Made by a program: the position numbers and the translations under genes | Part shown: positions 49,040-62,253 of the stretch, in pieces | Layout of the letters: each line of letters opens with the position of its first letter | Position numbering within the stretch: position 1 is the first letter of the stretch | Origin: Kondoa subrosea | Lineage: Eukaryota | Length of the DNA stretch: 64,000 nt | NCBI GenBank assembly: GCA_039545335.1 | Contig: BCIN01000003.1 | Coordinates: 1,747,941 to 1,811,940 of the forward strand | Direction of reading: 5' to 3' | The notes under the pieces: generated by a model | What the model saw: only the letters and a program-made list of their open reading frames with translations | Database searches by the model: none | Told to the model about the DNA's origin: nothing

Positions 49040-52000
49040 CTACGATTCCGATACTGAACGATTCTGACCAAACTTGAGCATGTTTCGGAAGTTAAACTTC
49101 TGTTGAGGAGATTCGGGTGTAAGCAGGCGATTTCCTTCGAAACTTGTTTTTGGACCAGGAGACCCAGTCCGTGAAGCGAAGGAGTCTCCTCTGTTCATAA
49201 GAGCGCTGAAGATGCCTGTACTAGCTTGAGTGGGCGAATTAGGCATGGCGAGGGATTGAGAAGTGTTTGGGTCCATATCGATGGTAGAAAGGAAAGAAGA
49301 ATCACTTAGATCCGCTGTAGTGGCTGTTGTGGCCAGGAAGACGTCCAGCAGATCGTTCTGGTCCGTACGACGAACGCCCTGTGATATTTGTCAGATCGTT
49401 ACGAGATATGAGCGGCGAAGAATTGACTTTGAGATCCAGCATCTTCTGAAAGTCTGAGAAGCTTTGACAAGGTATGAGAATCAAGTAATTCTTAACAAAC
49501 TCATCCGCAGGCTGTGGTATAAACGCTGAGCCACAATATTGGAAGCAGATCATAGCAAAACGGCTCACTGTTTCAGGTGTCAGAATGCCTTGCAAAAGTG
49601 TATCGATCTTCGAAGTATGCTTGCTGACATATCTTGCATATCTGCTAAAGACAGTCTAGAGTAGAGCCACGGATCGTAATGGATGACTCACGAAGCCGAA
49701 CTGTTATTCGAAGTTTCGCCATCGAATTGAGGTAACTTTACGAGACCGCGCTGTATGGCATGTAGATCCAAGAAAATCTATCGAGCATCATCAGCCATGT
49801 AGTAAGCACATGGACAGATTGATTTGCCTGTTCTGCGCCGGTCATTGATATCGGTCTACACCTGACAAGGCATTGAGTGAATTTAGCAGTAACGAGTCTG
49901 CCAGGCAAGGTAAATTGATGAACAATACAGACTGGACAAGGCACGGAGGGCTTACGTTATCACTCTGTCGCAAAAGCTCCTGATATACTTTTTCTGTTCC
50001 AATTGCAACTTGATGATGTCCATGACTTGATTCATAGCAGTCAAAAGTTCAGCTACGTATGCGCTTTCGCCGCTAACGACTTGTGCATCTTTCCAAGGAT
50101 TACGAAGCATGAGTTGAAAAGCAGGCTCGATGGACAATTCGAGTTCGCGAAGGAGAGTTGTGATAGCAGATGAAATTACCCTGTCATCATTGTCATCGTC
50201 CATCAGTATACCCAAGAATTAGCAAATGACTAACCCTAAGAAAAGATCCCGTTCATGTTCCAGTGAGATTCGGTCTTTCAGATCAACATGTATTTTCTCC
50301 TTAAGCCGCTCTTCGAGCTGCCCGACATACAGCGATCTTAGTGCACATATGTAATGAGATCAATAGAACGGACCTCATCTGTTGTTTCCGCACAATAGTG
50401 AGCTGTGTTAATCACCGAACAAGCATTGCTGAGATCGGCTATATTGAGCCTCTTATCGCCGCTTGATCGTCTTGTATCTTTCACAACACCGCTGTACACC
50501 GATCAAAAGGACATCAGCAATCTAGATTGCGAAGCTCAGAGCGACGTACGTTTTCAAAGATGAACCCAATACATCTTCCGCATAACTCTTCAACCATTTC
50601 TTCAACACTCCGCACAGATCAAGGAATGGACTCTTGTTGCTCAGACTAGCACATTGCTCTAAGCTGTCTCGATAAAACACAAAGAGTTCCGCTGAAGAGG
50701 GTAGAATTTTCGTATTGAGCGAGGAGGATTCCGAAGGTATAGAGGGTAGTGGTTTTCTATAGGAGGACACCATTTCCGCTAGTTTACTGTACATCATCGG
50801 GCTCGAATGAGCTGTAATACAGCCACAAGAAGCACAGCACGTACCGATCTTGTGCATCGACGAATATTGACAGGTACGGCTCGAAGACCGTCGAAATAAC
50901 TGATGGTACACCTACTGCCGTCGAAACAGGTATGGCCACTATAGCGTCGAACTGATTGCGGTGGTCAGCGGAAGTATAGAAAGAGAGGAAAGACATACGC
51001 TCATACGCAATCGATCTGCAATTTCTTGCTCGAATTCGGTCGTAAGCTTTAAACTTTCTAGTAGCAGATCTACAGCCAAGGTTTGACCAGTTTTGATTAA
51101 TAGAGTCTTCAAATCCTCTCTGCGATTCAATATTGGTTTGAAAGCTCTATCCAACAATGACAATAAACTGACCGTGTGATAGCAGAGAATACAGCTGTCA
51201 AAACGGCAGCGACATTCCATGATTTTGGAAACACGGGAGCGTGTTCTTCGTCGTAGATTTTTAGCAGTTTCTTGAACCAAGCATATCGCCGAGATAGGTT
51301 GTCCAGCTGACCTGCTTCATCTGTGGGTCGAAAGATTCGTTGGTAGTCGACAAACTGTTCTGTTGTATACCATTCCAGTAAAGATTGCTTCGTGTCTGTC
51401 CCTAAAGCGTCCGCGACGAGACCGGCTTCTATTAGGGTTTTGTTTGAAGCGATTCTTGTTTCTGAACTGAATCTGAAAATTTTGAGAAATCCTACTTGAG
51501 CCTAAGTGAAGTATCCTCAGCGAGACGCACCCTTGTTTGAACTCCTGCATGATCTGTTCCCTCAATTGACCTTGAGTGTAAGAGATGTTTCGAAACAAGG
51601 TAACGATGCGTTCAATCGCGGTGAAAGCTTTGAAGTGATCTGATACTTCTTTGATGACCTGTCAGCGAAATTGCATGTCAGCTAAGCATAGCTGAGAACT
51701 CGCTCTGCTGACCTCTAATGTATGGGCGACTTCTCGGTACTGCTTCGACTTCGACAGGGCCGTCAACTCGTCATAGCTATCCTCTGTTCGATGAGTTGAG
51801 TGCGATCTCGAGGTAATAGACGGCCAGGCGTACCTAGCATCTGCAATCGCTTGAAAGTAGTCATCGCAGTAATGATATTTCGTTTGGCAGTGTCCAACTT
51901 CTTGATGTCCCTCGTAATCTCGCTAACAACTACTTCACATTCTTTCGCTCCTTGCCTCAGCTGATTGACCTCCGTAAACAGATCGCTAATGAGCTCTTGA

Positions 52001-52263
52001 AGCTTAGCCATCCGTTCTTGAGCAGCTTGCCCCTGCCCTTCCTGCATTTGCAGTTTGATCTTGTGTATCTCAACCCTACACTTGTCTATCTCCCTTTGAC
52101 AGTGATACTTCTCTTGCTCTGCCCTGTTCAAAGACTCTTCATCTGGAAACATCGCATCGTAATCTGCCCATCGCAAGTCCTCTTCAGTGGTATCCGGTAG
52201 TCCGGGTAACAGGCGCTTGATGGCCAGCTGCACTTCATCAGGCAGCTCTGCATAGGCAGACAT
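49040..52263 (-). CDS. VPS53: GARP complex subunit Vps53
   Basis: EITRDIKKLDTAKRNIITAMTTFKRLQML, ISRRYAWFK, FEPYLSIFVDAQD, ILPSSAELFVFY, GAEQILLDL, FQKMLDLK. Confidence 0.93.
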
Positions 52264-52338
52264 GGCGGTTGCATGAGTAAATTCGATAGCAATGTTGATT
52301 TCGGACGAGCACTTTCGTAAAGCAAGAAAAGGCGTGCC

Positions 52339-54780
52339 ATGACGCGTAGAACGAGTCAAATAGCAGCAGCAAGGGATCATCAAGCTTTGCAAGCGATTTT
52401 GGACGACTCAACCTCAGATTTGAGTGATCTGGAAACATTGGAAGACTCGGACTCTGGAGCTGTCGTTTTTGATCTAGAAGGTGCCGTAAGCGATATGGAT
52501 CTTTTAGCAGTGCTCACAAGGCCATTCATAAGAATCTGAAAGAGATCAAGCTTCAAGTTCCGAAGATGAATACGTCGCGCCGGACTATATTGAACAGAAC
52601 TCTGCAACTACAGGACAGGTCGCGACAAAGAGTAAGACAAGAAAGAAAAGACCAAACTTTACCGGTCATGCATCACTCGAAGACCTTTCAGATGAGGTAC
52701 ATAGAACTGCTTCTGTCAAGTAATACACTTAGCCCTTCTCTCCTTAGCTACTGATCGAGATCTTCTCCTTTATTGAACCCAATACCAAGATTACGAAACG
52801 TTTCTCTATGGTGAACAAGAGGTTCCAATCAATCAGTCAATCCTCTTATGCCCGATCTCAATGGCTCGTGAGAAACTATCCCAAAGCTTACACTCTCTAT
52901 TACGCTGTTCTACTTGGTATATTGGATGCAGCAACTCTAGATTCTTTAGTCGATTCAGATCGATGTATTTTCTCTCGCTATTTCGTTCAAATGTTCTGTC
53001 GTGGCTATTGTGGGAGAACTCCCAGATGGTGGGAAAACAAGTGGTGTAATGGAGATCGACTGCCATTTTCGAATTATGTCGCCGTAGTCAATAAAGCTTT
53101 CTCGCTTTGGGGTGATTCCTTCAAGGTAGCAAAGGATAAAGATGATGCTGCAGTCAGTAAAACATTGTCTGTATGCATTAGATTAAAGTATGCTGAGTCA
53201 TTGAGTAAGATCTTCAATGCCTAGACCAAAAGTCGAGGTCAAAGTACTAACATTGGGCAAGGGAGAAGTGCCGTCGGCTTCAGTGTAGTCAATGGCTCGT
53301 TGGTGCAAGGAAGCCGAATCCCTGCAGAAGAGACTAATGCTGCAACCGAATGGGAGAAGATTCAAATCCTTTTCACAAAGGGTGTACAAACGTGCTTTCA
53401 GAGCTGTACTCATTCTGATGTATTGTGATAGATACAAGTTCTGCCCATTCTCACCTAAAGATCAAATCAAAAAACGCTACGCACAAGCGATTGAACTTCG
53501 GCCAGAAATCGCAAATTTATTTATCGCGTCTGGCACACATGTCACTGAAGAACTGGCTCGGGCAGTGACAACCAAGATTCTGCTAGATGATCGAATGTCG
53601 GTCCGTGACAAGACGGCTAAGCTTCTTTTGAGTAGTCGAAAGGCTATCTATTGGTAGTCTTATGCGGCTCAATAGGAATTCTATCAATTATCTCCGAGCC
53701 TCAAGCCAAACATATTATATTTCAACGTCTTTTTTCGTATTGAGAGCATGACTGCCGAACACGTATATCTCGGCAAGGCTTTACAGGATGCTAATGTCCT
53801 ACCTTACCCGTTGCGCAAAGCTTTTGGGAACGCATTTACCATTCGATTCAATAGTGATCCACAGGCTTGAGCGCATTGTAGGGCAAGGTACTAGCTCGTA
53901 CTCTGAGGCTTTGCCCTAGCATCAAGCCTCTTCTCGAAAAGTACATCCTGGAAAACTTCGCAATAGATAAGACGGTTCTGGATAAAGACAGATTTCCCTA
54001 TACGTACGACCGATGGATTAGTAGTCTTTCTATGACTTCCTCAACTCCTTTCCGATCCGATCACACCGCCTACCTCCTCTTCCATAAAAATACATACCAA
54101 GTTCCTCCTCAGGAAAGCGTTTGGCCAAAGGATATTATCAAAGCTGAACAAGGATTCCGCATACCAGAAGGAACTACTACAGTACTGGATACTGGGTCTG
54201 TCCGTCTGAAGTGTAATCTGTCTGATGAAGCGTTGAACTGATGCGTGATGGGCAGAAAACGTATAGGAACTCACCAGCTATCATGCATCTTTTGCTACTT
54301 CAGTGAGTTACAATGGATAGCTTCTGCACATCGTGTTTTGATTGTCTCCAATAGCGCGAGTCTGGCTCAAGCACGCAACGCTATTTTCCAGCTGTGCAAC
54401 TCAGGTGCTCGAATTAGCGCTAAATACTTCGAATGTCTCGCTCGATCAAGCACTTCACCATCAGCTCTTTCATATGAAATCTTACTGAATTCACCTTTTC
54501 GAGAAGACGTAACCTCGGATTCTTTATCAGAGGAAGAAGAAGCTTCATCCGAGGATTTGGACAGATGGGTCGAGCTTTTACAAGACCTGGTGGAGAAATA
54601 TCCCTATCAGATGCCTCTTCCACAAGACGAGGATGATCGTAAAGCTTCCGCTTTCGCTTCAGTAAGCATGCGTAGAGCAATTTTGCTCAATCTTCTGAAA
54701 CGATAGATAGGCAATAAGACAGTGGCTTCGAGATTTGAAGGAAGACAGGGAAGAGTGTAAGCAATGTTTTGCCTTATGAT
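52339..54780 (+). pseudogene. Decaying paralog of F-box gene 2858-5970 (copy B)
   Basis: Alignable throughout; TAG at 53222 opposite Trp; expected donors read GGGTGT (53380) and TTGAGT (53628); about 0.6 kb internal segment missing; 3' end approximate. Confidence 0.75.
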
Positions 54781-55078
54781 CTTCTTTACTGATGTCGCCT
54801 GGTCATCTAGCCGACTGATCGATAGTGTAGGGAGTGAGGCCAAGTTAGAGCTGAAGGAAGATGTGTCTTTCTGCTTGTGTATGCTGCGCTGGCGTGGTTG
54901 CAAAGTGTGTTCGATCAACAACATATCTCGAGAGCTCATTCCCGCTCGCCGTAAGCAGAAGATCCGAGCTGTTCACTCGCTTGCACTTGATTTGACTTTC
55001 GAGCGCTTTATCCAAACGGCCAGCTTCTTGATACCAAAAGCTTATACCTTTGCAGCTCTGTCTATATCATAGCTTGTA

Positions 55079-57043
55079 ATGGGAAAGAACACAGACAAGC
55101 TCTATGTGACGCATTCTGAGCATGCTGGCGAATTCGGAGCCGGAGGTGTTGGACATTCTGCTTCAAGCGCAGGCAAGAGCAGGGCGGTGAACAACAACTT
55201 TGCTCGACTACCTTACGACTGCTGTGCCCTATCGCTGCAACCCTTCGAGATTCCAGTCGCTACAGCAGATGGCATATGCTACGAATTGACCAATATCATT
55301 CCTTACATCAAGAAGCATGGTAAAGATCCAGTCACTGGCAAGAAACTTGCTCCTGGAGATCTTATCAAGCTCAATTTCAGCAAGAACGCAGATGGTGCGT
55401 TGAATTGCGAGGTGTTCTTCGAGTTTACTTCTTACGATCATGCATCTAGGCAATAACCACGATCCTCTCACATTTCGTCTCTTCACTCAACATACGCCAA
55501 TAGTAGCTGTAAAGACTTCGGGCAATGTTTTCGCAAAAGACTCAGTCGACCGATTGAATATCAAAGCAGGGTTCTGGCGAGATCTAGTTTCAGACGAAGC
55601 ATTCACTCGAGCGGATATCATCACCTTACAAGATCCACACAACCCAGATCAACGAGATCTAAGCAAGTTTAAACATTTGGATGCAGATCTGAAACCTTCA
55701 GCAGACGATTTACCTGCTGACTCCTTATCTGGGATCAATGTTAATGCTACTGGTGGAGCTGGAAGCATTATCAAATCAATATCAGCAAAAGGCAAAGAAA
55801 AAGAGATCTTGCCTATACCTCAGATAGATTCAGCACCATCGAGTAGTAAACCTGCGAAAGATGCAGATGAACCTTGGAATGCTAGTAAATTCACAACAGG
55901 GCATACGGCAGCTTCTCTCACTTCTACCGCTGCACCTGTCTTTACGAAAACGGAACGAGCCTTGTACGATGAAGATGAACTCATGTTTGAAGCGATAAAG
56001 GAAAAAGCGTATGTGAAACTGAAGACAAATTGGGGTGAATTGAATGTAGAGCTGTTTTGTGATAAGGTCAGTCAATGTGATCGATGTGCTGTACAGCCAG
56101 CTGAGTTCGTTGCATTGATGCCCGACAGGCCCCTCGGACATGCTATAACTTTCTTATGTTGGCGAGGGAGCGAAAATATGATAATACCATCTTCCATCGA
56201 CGTTCGTACTCTCGCTCATCTCCGATTCAGGCACATACTGAAATAAAAGGAGCTAGTGATAGTAGGCTTCATGATTCAAGGAGGAGATCCAACAGGAACG
56301 GGCAAAGGAGGTGAATCATGTTGGGGCAAACCATTTGCGGATGAGTATATGCTCAAGAACGCTTATACGCATTCTGCTCGCGGCATGCTTTCTATGGCTA
56401 ATCATGGTCCGAACACGAATGGCTCTCAATTGTGCGCTCTATGTTTGCTCTAGCTGACTTAATAGCTGAGGCAGTTCATGGACGTACAGCTTTATCACCT
56501 TCCGCGAAACACCTCATCTGAATGGAAAGCATACGTGAGTGTTCCCAAATATCACTGGCTCATGCTAATTGCTCTTGCAGCGTCTTTGGCCGATGTGTAG
56601 GAGGTCAAGAAGTTCTAGATGTGTTTGAAAAGATTCCAGCTCAACCAGCAACTGATCGACCCTTGAAACCAATCAAATTAATTGACGTCTCCATTTTTAA
56701 AGATCCTTACGAAGACTATAAATCCAAACTAAGCAAACGACTAGAGAGAGAAAGAGCGGTCAAAAGTGGTGCAGGAGCTAAAGCCAAACTGAGGGAAGAA
56801 AAAGAGAAAGATAGGACAACTTGGTTTGGCACTAATTTGGCTCAAAAAGGACAAGAGAAGGATGCTCTGAACCTTGACGGTCTAGGAGGAGTGGGCAAAT
56901 ATCTGCAAGCTAAAGAAGGAGCAGGCAAGAGGAAGGAAGCACCTGAAGCTAATTTGCCTATAAGTGAAGAAATTGGTGTGTCAGCTGCGGCGGCGAAGAG
57001 GAAGAAGAAGGCTGGCGGATTTGGAGACTTCTCTTCTTGGTGA
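55079..57043 (+). CDS. PPIL2: U-box/cyclophilin peptidyl-prolyl isomerase-like 2 (Cyp60)
   Basis: [80 protein letters not shown]. Confidence 0.94.
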
Positions 57044-57104
57044 AGCTGTACAGAATGTAATGCGAAGATTAATTGGTCTTCTCTTCTCGTGACAGCCGCT
57101 CAAC

Positions 57105-58216
57105 ATGAGTGCAAATGATACCCTGACAAACGGACATACCAACGGAGATGCATCAGAAACAGATGACTTTGACCCTGAGGTGTTCTCGCGAGCTTTGGAA
57201 GCAAGTTACAAGCAAGCAAAAGATATGGTTTCATCCTGGATGCCCGCAGGTCAAGCGAAAATCGCAGCAGTCAATAGCAGGAATGGTATAATGCAGTCTC
57301 AGACGCCTTTTGTCCTACGTCCGCCCAGGTGAGCGTCACACGAAGCGAAATATGTTGATGTAGAAAAACCTCATATTACTGTTCAAGGCTAGGTTTGGGC
57401 GCCGATACTGCTACAGCTAGAGAGAAGGCTATCACGGATGCCAAAGTACGGCAGCAGCTATTGGGCAATAAGTCAGCAGCAATAACGAGGGAACAAGAAC
57501 AGCAAGCGCAAGCGAAGCAGCAAGCGAATGCAAAGGCGAATGCAAAGGCGAAAGCAGCGCCTGTAGAATCAGAGGATGATGAGACGGAGAGTAGGGCCAG
57601 CGCCTTTGCGAAGAAGAGCAAGGCGAAGCTCAATAATGGAGTTTTCAAGTCAGACAAACAGAAGGCTCAGAAAGTTACAGCTATTTCTCAAGTACCTACT
57701 GCAAGTACCTCTACCCTTCCACTGTCTCCCAAAAGGCCAGAAGATGCGCAAGATCAAGTCAATGGAACAGAAACAGTACCAATCACCCAGGCAGAAGCTC
57801 CTCTGAGCCGTAAACGAAGGCGAAAAGACAAGAAGAAATCACTATCCAATATTGATACTGTTGCACAACCTAACTCTCCATCTCCGTCACCTGCAAAGAA
57901 GCAAAAGACTGACACTACAGAATCCGTTCCTTCACCTGTTGCGAACTCTATACCTAAGCCTACTTTAGCTGTTGCTGTTCCAGTCAGAGTCAGTAAACCT
58001 CATACTGCTAAACCACCCTTCGCACCATCTTCGAGCAGCTCAGATCATGAAATGGTGGAAAAAACGACAGCGCATTTCAGCGAGGAAGAGCAAGAGGAAG
58101 GAGATAGCACGATTACTTCATTAAGAAATATGTTGGACAACACCAATGGGAATACGACTGGGAGTGCAAAGAAGAAGAAGCGAAGGCAGAAGAAGAAAAA
58201 GAACAATACATCTTGA
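57105..58216 (+). CDS. Low-complexity Lys/Ser-rich hypothetical protein (possibly DUF3245-like)
   Basis: Two exons joined at LRPPR|LGLGA; AKDMVSSWM; ESEDDETESRASAFAKK; NLS-like basic tracts. Confidence 0.6.
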
Positions 58217-58329
58217 TTGCGGGATGACGAGCCGCGCGATAGAGTCTGACTTCTGTCTTGCCTTTGTCTCCTCTTCTATATTAACTTGTCAATAATTCTT
58301 TCTCTCCTCTTCCTGCTATCATTACCATC

Positions 58330-59283
58330 ATGGTCAAGCTTTACATATCAGGTCTCGAATACCTCAAAAAGCAAAACATTCATCCTGCTTTCGTTGATTG
58401 GATCGGATCTACTCAACCTGATCAATTCCCGTCTATCATCTGTTCGTGCTTTCTTTCTTTTGTTATTCGCGTAACCTGACTTTGAGTAGGGACCGATGCG
58501 GATGATGGATCTTGTCAACCCGTTGCTGCTATGAGAGTTATCTCGGAGAATCTACAAACTTCTGAGATTGTCGCTGTGCGTCTCTTTCATCTTGCCTTTG
58601 TACTTAATCTCATCTTTGTGGTATATAGCTTGCTCCTAAAGGCAACGCTTTCTCTACTACCCCCATTTGTTCCTTGCGCGTGCACAAAGAGAAGCATCTG
58701 ATCAGGTCGAACGAAACTAAACTTCAGCTAAAGAATTCGGGCGACAAGAATTGGCTTGATGTTCGCGGAGAAGTCTTCAGAACCAAAGGAGGTGTCACCA
58801 TGTTCCCAGAAAAAGAAATGGACGACCCGGGTGTCTACCTAGTGACTGACAGCTTCACGCCTTTGGATACTCAAGCTCAATGGGCTGTCACGAATGACAA
58901 ATCGATCAAAGTACGATTTACCTACACTTCCCCTGTCGAGCATATCTTGATTGAAAGAGAGCAGGTTACCGTCGAGAAGGGTAACAAGGAACTCTGCGTA
59001 ATTGAAACTACTTCTCCTATTGGTTTCACTATCAATCCTGCGCCTATTCAGCTTGAAGATGATCCTTCCAACAAGTACTCATCTAGCAACCGATACTCAT
59101 TCTTCACTCTGGCTATGCTCTCAGTCGTGATTATGCCCATTAAGCGTCCAGCAAAACAGACTAAGATGCTTTGGTGGTCAATTTTCTCTAATAACGGGCA
59201 CGGAACAAAGCTGATGATCTGTTTTTAGGATGAAGAAGCTCGGAGGAATCGCTGTTAAAGATGGCAGCGGGTTCTTGTCATAG
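58330..59283 (+). CDS. Hypothetical protein
   Basis: Multi-exon frame from MVKLYISGLEYLKK to a probable end MKKLGGIAVKDGSGFLS*; no family recognised. Confidence 0.55.
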
Positions 59284-59523
59284 AGCATAGTGCACCAGAT
59301 TTAAATTTGTTTTGTTTCATGACGAGGCATGACCCAGCATTATGGCTCTTGTCTACCTATCTTTCTCTATGGTCTACAACGCGCGACCTCCATATGCTTA
59401 CGACTATCGATACTCGTTTCGATGTCCGTTCTGGTGGATCTCGCGTCGAGACCAATCGATAGTAAAGCCATTCTTTTGGCCGCCTTATCCAAACATCAGC
59501 GCATGGTTGTTCAACTGCGAGGT

Positions 59524-62086
59524 CTACGAGGATTCTAGACCATTCTTCTTCCATTGTAGCCAATCGCCGATTGCAAGTCTGACTTGAGTCAAGCTTTCTT
59601 CTACCTCAGCTCGAGATTCGCCACGACCCTCGATGTAGACCTTGATTTTCGGCTCCCTAGAATCGTTTTAGATCATATACCAGCCAGTAGGCGATCACTC
59701 ACGTTCCACTTGTCCTGATGGTCCCTGAGACCTGTACAGGATCTGTATCTCGCCCTGCAGTGAAGCTGATCATATGGCTTGATTTCGATACGGGAAAGGT
59801 AGGAAGCAGGTCTGGCTTGCTCGAGTCGTAACCGATTGTTAAATCGCGAAGGAAAACGAGCGGTAACCCAGCGAGCGTTTCTGGCAGACGAAGATCTTTG
59901 TGAGTTGCATTAGCAGGAGGCTTTCAACAAATGTCAGCGCTATATTGGTCTTGATGCGAAATCCATACCTCATCTTGTTGAAAGCGAAGCTGGGAGAAGA
60001 TCTTGTTGGTCAGACTTGGCGACCGACAAATATAGTAATGGTTTTGTGTTGAGTGAAAGCCATATCTACAATTGAATCAGCACAAATTGCATCCACTACA
60101 TCCGTCAACCTACAGCGAGTATAGCTCATCGAGATAGTCCGACAAAGTCTTCCCGGCCTGCTCAAGCGTTGCAGCCATATTGGTGAAGACAGCGAAAGCA
60201 GAGATCTACTCCGACATCAGTGATTTAGCCAACGCTCTATAACAAATACCTACACCATCTTTATCGCGAATCCTGTTACCGCATGCGTAGCCTATAGCCT
60301 CTTCGTAGGCAAATTCAGCATGGTAACCTTTCGCTTCCAAATCTAGCGCAGCATTGCCCAAGAACCTACATTTCTTATCAGTCCAGAATTCGGGCAGTAA
60401 GATCGAGCATACTTGAAGCCCGTCAAAGTCTCTTCGAAGTGGAAACCTTCCTTCTTTGCTACCGAAGCTAACATCTTGCTTGACACTGTAGAGGCCAACA
60501 TGGCCAGCTTGTCTGTAATACTTTCAGTCCGGTCATACTCTCACACTTCAAAAGCGGAGCTGACCTAAAGGTCGACCTGAAGCTTTGTACTGTCGGAAAG
60601 TCCAGACACCGAGCATAGCTCCAATCTGATCACCACTGAATTGCCGCCACGATCCGTTACTGCCGTTGATTATTAAGCGGTGTTACAGCCATCCAATAGC
60701 TATGGAAGTAACTTACTGCTTTTCTGCAACAGTAAACCTATCTGCATCTGGATCATTTGCGAGAACAAGTATTCTTCCACCCTTAGGATCCAAAGTATCA
60801 GCATATTTGAAGCTCTCGTTCAAAGCACCTTCTTCTTCTGGATTAGGGAATTGAACAGTAGGGAAATCCGGATCGGCTTGCGTTTGAGAAGGCACGAGAT
60901 GTAGTGAATTTGAAGAGAACTTGAGAGATGGGAAGACTGAAGTAATGAAAGGTGTACCGACACCGTGCATTGCTGTATAGACAAGTTGTAATTTCGAGGT
61001 AGCGTTGATTGATGTGTTCTGCACAAGGGAAGCAACATATGAGAAATAGGATGATTTGAGCTCCTCAGTCCGGTCAATGACGAGAGAAGAAGTCGATAGA
61101 TCGTTGGTTTGCCAACCTTCGTCTGGTATAGAGAGGTTTTCCGATTTAATGATCGTTTTTGCGATGTCACTGTCCCGCGGACCAATGATTTGGACTCCAT
61201 TGCCCCAGTAGAGCTACAAAAAGCAAGAGTCAGATTTGAATAAGGAGTTAATATCTTCTTTCATGCCTTATAGCCCTAGATTAATTGTCAAAGAATAATT
61301 ACGATATGTGCGACAGAGAGTCTTACGTTATCTGCTTTTGGATTATGGCTAGCAGTGATCATGATGCCTGTTCTCGATTCAGAGAGGAGATATGCAAAAC
61401 AGATTGCAGCGGACCTGCACCGCAACCCATTTCTTTGATAGTGAAAGGCTTTCCCATCGATCAGCTTTCAAGGCATAGGATCACAATGTGTGACTGACAA
61501 CCATAGGCGTAGCCACGATTCCATTGAGAAGGTACACCTTGATACCTTTACGTGTAAAAGCTTTGGCTGCAAGTTGAGCGAAGCGTTCTGAGTTGTGTCG
61601 ATGATCCTGTAATCGGATTGGTACTAGCTGCGGGCAGTGAGTAGAGCCTTACGTGGCCAATTACCACCCCTTTGGACTTGGCCGATGCGGGATCTTCAGT
61701 CGACAGCAAGTAATCGCAAACACCTTGACTGGTCTACGAGGATGTTCACTTTGTTGACTGATAGGTCGACAGACATACCTGTATAACTGTGACATCGTTC
61801 ATGTGACCGTACCCTGTCTTGGACATGAGCTAGGTATCTGACCTTTGCAAAGATCACTGACCTGGAGCCATAAGCGCGCGTAAGCCGCTGGTACCAAAAG
61901 CGATACGCGGACCATCCAGTAGAGCTAGCAATCTATCTTCACTGCCCTCCGACTTGAGTCTTTGTATTTGAGCTCTTGTTGCTTCATTCTGTTTTCCTTC
62001 TTGAGCACAATACACGAGTCCTTGAAATGATCCTGCATTACCCTGTCTACAGCCAGCCATTGCTCGACTAGCTGATCGCTCAGCAT
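59524..62086 (-). CDS. PGM2: Phosphoglucomutase-2 / phosphopentomutase family
   Basis: IAFGTSGLRA, MITASHNPKADNGYK, YTAMHGVG, DPDFPTVQFPNPEE, LANDPDADR, FAYEEAIGY, IRTSGTEPKIKVYIE. Confidence 0.94.
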
Positions 62087-62253
62087 GTCTTGGCTATGAG
62101 TCCGTGCGTCTGATATAAATTGGCCGAATGTGAGATGGAAGCCTCAGCTTGTCCACGAGCGCGAAGAATGCTATACCAGGCTTAGAGATACACTCAGAAC
62201 AAGGACTGCTTGGACACACCTTTTACACAAGCTCCCTTAATCCTGTTTTGCTG

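Noticed and set aside
50230..50239. CTAACCCTAA resembling a TTAGGG telomerase-RNA template
   Set aside because: It is the reverse complement of a VPS53 exon/intron junction (TTAGG|GTTAGT); no supporting RNA structure seen, and chance is sufficient
53222..53224. TAG opposite Trp as a target for restorative A-to-I editing
   Set aside because: The same gene has broken donors and a deletion that editing cannot repair; ordinary decay is simpler
57524..57552. 12-bp tandem repeat GCGAATGCAAAG
   Set aside because: In-frame low-complexity ANAK repeat inside a CDS; not an array or element
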